Shown: positions 53,639-60,455, counted from the stretch's first letter. The stretch is DNA of 64,000 nucleotides from Nanobdellota archaeon (GCA_042572295.1 JBHPFA010000002.1:180-64179); one strand, 5' to 3'. Numbers and translations: made by a program. The notes: generated by a model not told the origin, from the sequence alone.

Positions 53639-54363
53639 CAGAGTTTAAACATATATAACAAAATATTGGATTCTCTTTTTATACTTAACTTCGTCCATTG
53701 CATCTCCTTCCATTTAATAGGGATTATTCTTATCCTATAACCCAACCTGGATGCATAAATTAACATTTCTGCATCCCAAAACATACTTCTTTGTTTATTT
53801 CCAATTCCAGTATTCCTCAAAATGTGCTTGATTGTATTTTTATGAAAGGCTTTGAAACCACAAAAATGATCTCTACTGCCTCTTGAAATTTCAAAAAACA
53901 TAAACTTTGTAAGATAATTTAAAAATTTGCTTGCCCACCACCTTTTTCTAGTTCTTTTTGTTTTACTCAACCGATTGTATCTGTCACCGATGACTACTGT
54001 CTTTTCATCAACCAAGGAAAATAACTTTGGTAAGTCAGTTATATCTGTAGAAAGATCTGTATCTGTAAAGGCAAGTACATTGCCCTTGGCATGTTTAAAG
54101 CTTCTGATTAAATTTTCTCTTCTTGTTGGTTTTTTGCCTTCGTAGTTAATAACTCTTACCTCCTTGAAGGATTTAGCTAGATTTTCTGCTATTTTTCTTG
54201 TGTTATCCTCGGAGCAGTCATTTACTATGATTAGTTCAAATGAGAATTTTGGATCTTTTTTCCTATGGTCCCTTAGAGAATATAGAATCTTCTGCATGTT
54301 CTCCTTTAAACATCGTTCTTCATTATAACAGGGAACAAACAGGCTAAACATTTTATTTATCAT
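53608..54363 (-). CDS. GT2 glycosyltransferase
   Basis: FSLFVPCYNEERCLKENMQKI, IIVNDCSEDNT and AFTDTDLSTD. Confidence 0.8.
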   Translation of the reverse strand: MINKMFSLFVPCYNEERCLKENMQKILYSLRDHRKKDPKFSFELIIVNDCSEDNTRKIAENLAKSFKEVRVINYEGKKPTRRENLIRSFKHAKGNVLAFTDTDLSTDITDLPKLFSLVDEKTVVIGDRYNRLSKTKRTRKRWWASKFLNYLTKFMFFEISRGSRDHFCGFKAFHKNTIKHILRNTGIGNKQRSMFWDAEMLIYASRLGYRIRIIPIKWKEMQWTKLSIKRESNILLYMFKLWWKLKWTKLI

Positions 54364-54479
54364 TCAATAATTAATATCTTACTTATCATAAAAGGCGTTT
54401 ATAAATTTACTTACTTTCCAATATATACCCCATTATAAGAAGCATTTATTGGGTAAATTTTGAAGTTCAGAGTTAATAA

Positions 54480-55016
54480 TTATCTCTTGCCAAAGAATGA
54501 AAAGCTTTTTTTCTGAACTCTTGGTTTCGCCCTAACAAACCAAACTTTAATACCATAAGCAGCTGCCGATTTTGCTTGTACAAAATCAGAAGTAATTAAG
54601 GTTGCTTCCTTTCCGAATGCAAGACTTCTTATCAAAGCATCAATTTCTCCAGATTTAGCATATTTTATTTCATGTGCAGTTGGACGAGGAGGTGCAAATT
54701 CAATTTTTAGAGAGTACTTATTCTTGAATTTATGAAGTTTAGCTAATTCATCCAATCCATCAAATCCTATTTCTTTCCCAATATTTGCTTGATGTTCTAA
54801 TTCTGCAATAGAAGCGTCGGGAATGATTACTTTTCCACGTAAGCCTTTTTTCTCTATCAAAAAGGATAATTTCTTTGCAGCAATTATGCTTGTGTCGATA
54901 ACATACTTACCTAAGAAACCACCTGTTTTCTTTTTGGGAATCTGTTTCTTAACGGGTTTTTTCGCTACCTTTTTTATTGGCTTCTTAACCTTCTTTTTAT
55001 TCACCTTATTTTTCAT
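54480..55016 (-). CDS. PIN-domain protein with Lys-rich N-terminal tail
   Basis: YVIDTSIIA, IIPDASIAELEHQANIGKEIGFDGLDEL and GEIDALIRSLAFGKEATLITSDFVQAKSAAAYGI resemble the N-terminal PIN module of archaeal PIN-ATPase-KH proteins. Here only the PIN part is present, after a KKKVKKPIKKVAKKPVKK tail. Confidence 0.55.
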   Translation of the reverse strand: MKNKVNKKKVKKPIKKVAKKPVKKQIPKKKTGGFLGKYVIDTSIIAAKKLSFLIEKKGLRGKVIIPDASIAELEHQANIGKEIGFDGLDELAKLHKFKNKYSLKIEFAPPRPTAHEIKYAKSGEIDALIRSLAFGKEATLITSDFVQAKSAAAYGIKVWFVRAKPRVQKKSFSFFGKR

Positions 55017-55070
55017 ATTAATGTTAAGACTTTGTTATTTAAAAATGTCCCCTTAGCTATTTTGTTTCAA

Positions 55071-55154
55071 TGCGGAGAGGAGGGTTCGAACCTCCGTAGG
55101 CACTAAGCCATCGCGTCTTGAGCGCGACCCGTTTGACCGCTCCGGCATCCCCGC
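55071..55154 (-). tRNA. tRNA-Leu (anticodon CAA; plus-strand TTG at 55118-55120), class II with long variable arm
   Basis: Reverse complement: GCGGGGATGCCGGAGCGGTCAAACGGGTCGCGCTCAAGACGCGATGGCTTAGTGCCTACGGAGGTTCGAACCCTCCTCTCCGCA. Acceptor GCGGGGA/TCTCCGC (G4-U69 and G5-U68 wobbles), anticodon stem TCGCG/CGCGA with loop CTCAAGA, T-arm GGAGG-TTCGAAC-CCTCC. Confidence 0.9.
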
Positions 55155-55178
55155 ATTCAATTTTAAGAACTGCTCTAC

Positions 55179-55184
55179 TTAAAA
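55179..55184 (-). promoter_or_regulatory. TATA-box candidate for tRNA-Leu(CAA)
   Basis: The minus strand reads CTCTTTTAAGTAG, with the TTTTAA core 25-30 nt upstream of the tRNA 5' end (55154). Confidence 0.45.
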
Positions 55185-55375
55185 GAGTTTTGTTTAAAGG
55201 AAAAGATTGGCAGGCTTGCTCATAATGAAACAACTAGCAAACAGTAAGCAAGACACCGAAGTGTCAAAAAGTCTACCAGACCTGTCAATCCCTTCCAGAA
55301 CCTCCAAATAAAAAGCATATTTAAAGTTAATTGAGAGATTAAGCGAATTATTGGAGGTTTTTTCAAAGAGAAAGC

Positions 55376-55386
55376 TTTTTAAAATA
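55376..55386 (+). promoter_or_regulatory. TATA-box candidate for the 55411 ORF / L21e-RpoF-S13 operon
   Basis: TTTTTAAAATA ends 25 nt before ATG 55411, implying a leaderless or near-leaderless transcript. Confidence 0.45.
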
Positions 55387-55410
55387 GATTTAGCAGATTA
55401 ACATAAGAAA

Positions 55411-55779
55411 ATGGTTGAAGAAAAGGCTGGAAAAGAGACAAAATTGGGCGGAAATATAGCCCTTGTAGGCTTTGAAATATTGGAACCAGTGGAATTAATA
55501 GTCATAAAGAAGATGGTAGGCAATTACGTGCGTAAACTTGGGAATAATGGTAAATATAAGGAAATGAGATTAACGCTTCAACAACACCCCCATGGCAAGT
55601 CCTTTAAGCATGAAATACAGGGCCTTGCATTATTTGAAGAAGGAAGATTCCATAGTGAAGCTATGGAATGGAATATTTACAATGCACTTGCTCAAGTTTG
55701 TGATAAACTCCTAGAACAGTCTCGTAAAAAGGAAGATATCACTAGACTAAAGAAGCAAGAAGGAGTAAAAGAGCAATAA
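55411..55779 (+). CDS. Hypothetical protein with HPF/RaiA (ribosome hibernation factor, S30AE)-like pattern
   Basis: 122 aa. The order of predicted elements, NIALVGF (b1), EPVELIVIKKMVGNYVRKL (a1), KEMRLTLQQ (b2), FKHEIQGLALF (b3), GRFHSEAME (b4) and WNIYNALAQVCDKLLEQSRKKED (a2), parallels E. coli YfiA/HPF (..[32 protein letters not shown]). The match is by eye only. Confidence 0.4.
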   Translation: MVEEKAGKETKLGGNIALVGFEILEPVELIVIKKMVGNYVRKLGNNGKYKEMRLTLQQHPHGKSFKHEIQGLALFEEGRFHSEAMEWNIYNALAQVCDKLLEQSRKKEDITRLKKQEGVKEQ

Positions 55780-55780
55780 A

Positions 55781-56035
55781 ATGTTAAAGAGAAAAAGTAT
55801 CAGAGAAAAAGGAAAGCTAGGGCTTAGTAAGCTCTTTGTTAAAATGCAACCAGGAGATAAAGTGTCTTTGATAAGAAATCTTACATTTACACAAGATTTC
55901 CCTAAGAGATTTCAAGGAAAGACAGGAACTGTCCTTGAGAGTAGAGGGATTAGTTGTGTGGTCAAGATTTATGATGGTAAAAGGCCAAAAACCCTGATTG
56001 TAAAAAGGATAAATTTAAAAAAGCTTTCAAACTGA
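55781..56035 (+). CDS. rpl21e: 50S ribosomal protein L21e
   Basis: 84 aa. SH3-like GDKVSLIRN...FPKRFQGKTGTVLESRG...YDGKRPKTLIVKRINLKKL. The conserved L21e-RpoF-DUF655 order follows. Confidence 0.85.
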   Translation: MLKRKSIREKGKLGLSKLFVKMQPGDKVSLIRNLTFTQDFPKRFQGKTGTVLESRGISCVVKIYDGKRPKTLIVKRINLKKLSN

Positions 56036-56049
56036 TTTTTTTAGCTAAA

Positions 56050-56376
56050 ATGATAAAAGATAAGACTGCCGTGTCCCTAACAGAGGTAAAGGAAATTCTT
56101 AGTGAGCACCCTCCAATTGAAGATAATAAGAGGGCTGAAGCAGTTCTTAAGTACATCAAAAAGTTCTCAAAAAGCAAGCCTGAGAAAGGAAAAGCTTTGT
56201 TAAAAGTATTAGAAGATTTGGATTTGATTAAATTAAAGAAAGAACACTTGGCAAAGATCGTTGATTTAATGCCTGAAGATGCAGAAGATTTGAAAAAGAT
56301 ATTTGTTGGATCAGAAGTCACTTTGGATCAAGATGAAATCAATACAATACTCGAAAGGGTTAAACAACACAAATAA
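56050..56376 (+). CDS. rpoF: DNA-directed RNA polymerase subunit Rpo4 (RpoF)
   Basis: 108 aa, helical, Rpb4-like (SLTEVKEILSEH...LKKEHLAKIVDLMPEDAEDLKKIF). It sits in the syntenic slot after L21e. Confidence 0.7.
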   Translation: MIKDKTAVSLTEVKEILSEHPPIEDNKRAEAVLKYIKKFSKSKPEKGKALLKVLEDLDLIKLKKEHLAKIVDLMPEDAEDLKKIFVGSEVTLDQDEINTILERVKQHK

Positions 56377-56378
56377 AA

Positions 56379-56918
56379 ATGGAAAACAGAGAAGAACGAG
56401 CAATTATTTTAGACTTTTTACCAAATGGGTATCCTTTGGAAGGGAAAATGCTTCCAATAGCCCAAGCAATTGGTCTAAAGAGTTTCACACTATTACAATT
56501 GGTACCTCGAAGAGGAATCACCCTTGAATTGAAGGAAGAAGTTTATATTGGATCAGGAAAACGAGATAAAATTTCTTATATCTTTGGCAGGTTGCCAAAA
56601 GATAAAATTACTGAAACGGCTAAGATAGAGCTTAAAGAGTTCATATCTCAAATCGTTACAGAAGGAGAAGAAAAATTTGTTGGATTTTTCAATAATGCAA
56701 ATCCAATTAATACAAGACTTCATCAGTTGGAATTACTTCCGGGATTCGGAAGAAAACACACTGATGCAATAATCAAAGAAAGACAAGAAAATGCTTTCAA
56801 GTCTTTTGAAGATATCAAAACAAGAGTAAAATCCTTGCCAGATCCGAGAAAATCAATCGAGAAAAGATTGTTTGAAGAGCTTACTGAACTTGTAAAAGTA
56901 AAGCTTTTTGTTGCATAA
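56379..56918 (+). CDS. DUF655-family conserved archaeal protein (OB + helix-hairpin-helix, nucleic-acid binding)
   Basis: RAIILDFLPNGYP...QLELLPGFGRKHTDAIIKERQ are typical DUF655 motifs. It holds the conserved position after rpoF. Confidence 0.7.
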   Translation: MENREERAIILDFLPNGYPLEGKMLPIAQAIGLKSFTLLQLVPRRGITLELKEEVYIGSGKRDKISYIFGRLPKDKITETAKIELKEFISQIVTEGEEKFVGFFNNANPINTRLHQLELLPGFGRKHTDAIIKERQENAFKSFEDIKTRVKSLPDPRKSIEKRLFEELTELVKVKLFVA

Positions 56919-56919
56919 A

Positions 56920-57405
56920 ATGGGAAAACAAAAACCACAACACATTGAAGATGAAAATGAAAGTAATGTAATCTTAGTTAGAATTCACTCCACAGATATT
57001 CCTGGAAACTTTAGTCTTTATTCTGGATTAGTTAGAATAAAAGGAGTTTCTTGGGCTTTTGCGAATGCTCTTTGTCATATTCTTAAATTAGATAGAACTA
57101 GAAAAATTTCTTCATTAAAAGAAGCTGAGATAGAACAGATAGTTAAATTTTTGAAAAATCCAAAAGTTCCTGAATGGTTAATGAACAGAAAAAGAGATAG
57201 AGAAACAGGAGAATCAAAACATCTTACACTTACTGACCTTGACTTAACAAAAGAATGGGATATCAGAAGAATGAAAAAAATAAAATCTTACAAAGGTTGG
57301 AGACATGCTCTTGGACAACCAGTAAGAGGACAGAGAACAAAGGCACACTTCCGTGAAAAAGGAAAAGCTGTTGGTGTTAAGAAAGCTAAGGGGGGCAAGA
57401 AGTAA
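56920..57405 (+). CDS. rps13: 30S ribosomal protein uS13
   Basis: ILVRIHSTDIPGN, GVSWAFANALCHILKLD and YKGWRHALGQPVRGQRTKAHFR. I prefer ATG 56920, just after the upstream stop, over the ORF-track TTG 56908. Confidence 0.9.
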   Translation: MGKQKPQHIEDENESNVILVRIHSTDIPGNFSLYSGLVRIKGVSWAFANALCHILKLDRTRKISSLKEAEIEQIVKFLKNPKVPEWLMNRKRDRETGESKHLTLTDLDLTKEWDIRRMKKIKSYKGWRHALGQPVRGQRTKAHFREKGKAVGVKKAKGGKK

Positions 57406-57436
57406 ACTTTTTAAAAGGGTTTGATTAAAAAATAAA

Positions 57437-57955
57437 ATGACTGGAATAAGAAGACAAAAGAAAAAATATTCAAGACCAAGAAAGGCGTTTGAAACTGAAA
57501 GAATCTCAGAGGAGAATGCAGTTATTAAGAAATATGGCCTTAAGAATAAAAGAGAGATTTGGAAGGCAGAAGCCCAAGTCGCAAGATTAAGAAATATTGC
57601 TAAAAGTTTAATTACTGCTTCAGACGAAGAACAAGAATCATTTATTTCAAAATTGGTTGAAAGAGGATTCTTATCTAGTGGAAGCAAAATTGACAATGTT
57701 TTAGATATGAAGAGAGAAGATTATTTAAGTAGGAGATTACAAACAGTTGTCCACAAGAAAGGTTTCGGAAGAAGCCCTAAACATGCAAGACAAATGGTTA
57801 CACATAGGTTCATAAGAATCAAAGACAGAATCGTAACAGTGCCTTCTTATATTGTTGATTTGAAGGAAGAAAAATTAGTTACAGTAAAGGCTATGAAAGC
57901 AAAAGCTGCACCAAAGCCAATGATGGAGGAAAAACAAAATGAATCCAAGAAATAA
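57437..57955 (+). CDS. rps4: 30S ribosomal protein uS4
   Basis: RRQKKKYSRPRKAFETERI, YGLKNKREIWKAE and an S4 RNA-binding domain (LQTVVHKKGFGRSPKHARQMVTHRFIRI). Confidence 0.9.
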   Translation: MTGIRRQKKKYSRPRKAFETERISEENAVIKKYGLKNKREIWKAEAQVARLRNIAKSLITASDEEQESFISKLVERGFLSSGSKIDNVLDMKREDYLSRRLQTVVHKKGFGRSPKHARQMVTHRFIRIKDRIVTVPSYIVDLKEEKLVTVKAMKAKAAPKPMMEEKQNESKK

Positions 57956-58340
57956 AGATGATAGACAAAGTGTTATTGGAATTGCATACATTTATGCTAC
58001 CTATAACAATACAATAATCCACATTACAGATTTAGCAAATAACACAATAGCACAAATTTCTGGTGGGAAAGCTACTAAACACAGTAGACTAAAAGCAACA
58101 CCAACTGTTGCTATGTTCGCTGCAAAAAGAGCTGCAGAGATTGCTAAAGAAGCTGGAATCACTGATCTGTATGTAAAGATAAGTTCTAAGGCTGGAGCTT
58201 CAAATCCAGGGCCTGGAGCCAATTCAGCAGTTAAAAGACTAGGAAAAGAAGGTTTAAGAATCATAAACATCTTAGATAAAATACCTATGCCACGTGGTGG
58301 TCCAAAAGCCAAGGGTGGAAAAAGAGGTAGGAGAGTATAA
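57939..58340 (+). CDS. rps11: 30S ribosomal protein uS11
   Basis: GIAYIYATYNNTIIHITD, and PGPGANSAVKRLGKEGLRIINILDKIPMPRGGPKAKGGKRGRR. Confidence 0.9.
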   Translation: MNPRNKDDRQSVIGIAYIYATYNNTIIHITDLANNTIAQISGGKATKHSRLKATPTVAMFAAKRAAEIAKEAGITDLYVKISSKAGASNPGPGANSAVKRLGKEGLRIINILDKIPMPRGGPKAKGGKRGRRV

Positions 58341-59123
58341 ATGATAGAAATATTAAAAAATGAAGATTTGAAATTAAGTTTTATTTTAAGAGATGCAGGG
58401 AATAGTTATGCTAACGCCTTGAGAAAAAGTTCTAATGAAATTCCAATATTGGCAGTAGATACCGTTGAGATTTCAAAAAATGATTCTGCATTATTTGATG
58501 AAATGCTTGCCCATAGAATAGGGTTAATCCCCTTAAAATCTGAGAAAAAGACATTCACAGAAACAGAAAAATGTACTTGTAAGGGAAAAGGATGTATGAA
58601 ATGTACAGTTGCATTAACTATGCAAGTTAGTGGAGAAACTGCTACTAGTGCTGATCTTAAAAGTAAAACAGTATCAGCAATTCATCCAGATACCCCTCTT
58701 ACTTTATTACAAAAAGGGCAAGAGATTGAATTGGTTGCTGAAGCAAGACTTGGAAGAGGAGTAGATCATGCAAAGTACTCTCCAGGATTAGTTTGGATCC
58801 GTGTAGTGCCACATATAGAACTGTCCAAAGATAAATCTTCCCTTAAACCATGTGCAGAAAAATGTCCTAAAAATGTTTATCAATTAGACCCAAAGGTTGA
58901 AGTGAAGAATTTAATGAACTGTGATCTTTGTATGGCTTGTGTTGAAGAATGTGAAAAACACAATGGCAAAGAAAAAATCAAAGTTTGGGGCGATGAAAAA
59001 GATTTCATTGTAGAAATTGAAAGTTGGGGACAACTTAAACCTAAGGAGATTTTGACTGAATCTTGTACTGCGCTAAAGAAAAATATCGATGAGTTTTTGA
59101 AAGAAGCTTCTAAGATTAAATAA
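58341..59123 (+). CDS. rpoD: DNA-directed RNA polymerase subunit Rpo3 (RpoD)
   Basis: 260 aa. ANALRKSSNEIPILAVDTVEISKNDSALFDEMLAHRIGLIPL is the Rpb3/RpoD dimerisation domain. A Cys-cluster domain is present (CAEKCPKNVY...CDLCMACVEEC). It holds the slot after S11. Confidence 0.85.
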   Translation: MIEILKNEDLKLSFILRDAGNSYANALRKSSNEIPILAVDTVEISKNDSALFDEMLAHRIGLIPLKSEKKTFTETEKCTCKGKGCMKCTVALTMQVSGETATSADLKSKTVSAIHPDTPLTLLQKGQEIELVAEARLGRGVDHAKYSPGLVWIRVVPHIELSKDKSSLKPCAEKCPKNVYQLDPKVEVKNLMNCDLCMACVEECEKHNGKEKIKVWGDEKDFIVEIESWGQLKPKEILTESCTALKKNIDEFLKEASKIK

Positions 59124-59127
59124 TAAC

Positions 59128-59211
59128 GCGGGGATGCCGGAGCGGTCAAACGGGTCAGGTTAAGGTCCTGATAGCTTAGTGCTTACGGAGGTTCGAGTCC
59201 TCCTCTCCGCA
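59128..59211 (+). tRNA. tRNA-Leu, class II, apparent anticodon AAG (59162-59164)
   Basis: GCGGGGATGCCGGAGCGGTCAAACGGGTCAGGTTAAGGTCCTGATAGCTTAGTGCTTACGGAGGTTCGAGTCCTCCTCTCCGCA. It has the same length and fold as the 55071-55154 gene. Anticodon stem TCAGG/CCTGA with 7-nt loop TTAAGGT puts A-A-G at positions 34-36. It starts 4 nt after the rpoD stop. Confidence 0.8.
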
Positions 59212-59232
59212 TTGAAGAAAATATAAATCAAA

Positions 59233-59598
59233 ATGGTAAGTCAAACAAAAATTAAGGATAGAGTAAGGAAAAAAGAAAATCCTGAAATGAAAGAAGTAGT
59301 TTCTGCTCTAAGAAAGAAAAGTGCTTTCTGGCAAGAAGTTGCTACTTTATTAGTTAAACCTAAGAAAAGAAGTATTAAGGTTAATTTAGGGAAGTTGGAT
59401 AAGGAAACAAAAGCAGGGGAAGTTGTTATAGTTCCTGGAAAAATACTTTCATCTGGAGAATTAAGTCACAAATTAACACTTGGAGCATTTTCATTTTCAG
59501 AGAAGGCCTTAGAAAAAATGAAGGCTGTTAAAGTTATGAGTTTAGATAAAATGGCTGATAGCTATAAAGATGGAAAAGGAGTAAAATTAATTGTTTAA
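59233..59598 (+). CDS. rpl18e: 50S ribosomal protein L18e
   Basis: 121 aa. FWQEVATLLVKPKKRSIKVNLGKL and VVIVPGKILSSGELSHKLTLGAFSFSEKA. It holds the slot before L13. Confidence 0.85.
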   Translation: MVSQTKIKDRVRKKENPEMKEVVSALRKKSAFWQEVATLLVKPKKRSIKVNLGKLDKETKAGEVVIVPGKILSSGELSHKLTLGAFSFSEKALEKMKAVKVMSLDKMADSYKDGKGVKLIV

Positions 59599-59599
59599 A

Positions 59600-59998
59600 A
59601 TGGAAGTTGTTATTGATGCTGAAGGTGCAATTATTGGGAGATTAGGTACTTTTGTAGCTAAGCAAGCATTAATTGGGAATGAAGTAAGAATATTAAATTG
59701 TGAAAAAGGAATTATCACTGGAAGTAAAGAAGCATTACAAGCTGTTTACTTAAGTAGGAAATGGAGAGGAGGGTATGCACAAAAAGGGCCTTACTTTTCA
59801 AAAAGTCCTGAAAAAATTGTTAAAAGATCTTTTAGAGGAATGCTTCCTTGGAAAACAACAAGGGGAAAAGATGCATTCAAGAGAATAAAATGTTATTCAG
59901 GAGTTCCTGAAGAATTTGAGAAAAAGGAAAAGAAAGAATTTAAGAGGACTTTAAAGAAACCATATTTAACAGTTAAAGAAGTTTCAAAATTAATGTAA
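59600..59998 (+). CDS. rpl13: 50S ribosomal protein uL13
   Basis: VIDAEGAIIGRLGTFVAKQAL and RSFRGMLPWKTTRGKDAFKRIKCYSGVP. I prefer ATG 59600 over the ORF-track TTG 59591. Confidence 0.9.
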   Translation: MEVVIDAEGAIIGRLGTFVAKQALIGNEVRILNCEKGIITGSKEALQAVYLSRKWRGGYAQKGPYFSKSPEKIVKRSFRGMLPWKTTRGKDAFKRIKCYSGVPEEFEKKEKKEFKRTLKKPYLTVKEVSKLM

Positions 59999-59999
59999 A

Positions 60000-60455
60000 A
60001 TGGCAGAAGCTAAAAAAACTAAAAAGAAGAAAGTAAAGGTAGTCAAGGCTCCGGTTTTAACTATCGCTGGGAAAAGAAAGACTTCTATTGCAAAGGCTAC
60101 TATTAAGGCCGGAAATGGAAAAATAATGATTAACAACAAACATTTGGCAAATTTTCCTTACTTAAGAAAACTTTACATCTCTGAGCCTTTAAGGATTGCA
60201 GAAGACGTTCTTAAAGAAGAAGCAAGTAAATTTGACATCAGTGTTAATGTAAAGGGTGGAGGAATGGAATCTCAAACAGAAGCTGCCCGTTTAGCAATTG
60301 GAAGAGCTTTAGTTGGATTCACAAAGAATAATACTCTTAAGGAAGCATTTGTCAATTATGACAGAGCAATCTTAGTAGCAGATGTAAGAAGAAAAGAAAT
60401 GAGGAAGCCTGGAGACAGTAAAGCAAGAAAGAGAAGGCAAACCTCTTACCGTTAA
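60000..60455 (+). CDS. rps9: 30S ribosomal protein uS9
   Basis: GKRKTSIAKATIKAGNGKIMIN, GGGMESQTEAARLAIGRAL and a C-terminal RKPGDSKARKRRQTSYR. Confidence 0.9.
   Translation: MAEAKKTKKKKVKVVKAPVLTIAGKRKTSIAKATIKAGNGKIMINNKHLANFPYLRKLYISEPLRIAEDVLKEEASKFDISVNVKGGGMESQTEAARLAIGRALVGFTKNNTLKEAFVNYDRAILVADVRRKEMRKPGDSKARKRRQTSYR

Noticed and set aside
55225-55311. A 28-codon ORF (MKQLANSKQDTEVSKSLPDLSIPSRTSK) in the tRNA-Leu / HPF-like intergenic gap.
   Set aside because: It is too short and featureless to support as a CDS. The region is better described as a possibly structured RNA or regulatory spacer (see findings).
57244-57696. A 150-aa minus-strand ORF spanning the uS13/uS4 junction. Similar antisense ORFs occur at 55962-56321, 58001-58312, 58880-59149, 56723-56938 and 60452-60676.
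   Set aside because: They are antisense to highly conserved r-protein and RNAP genes. The peptides are Ser/Leu/Phe-rich translations of the complementary frame and have no independent support.
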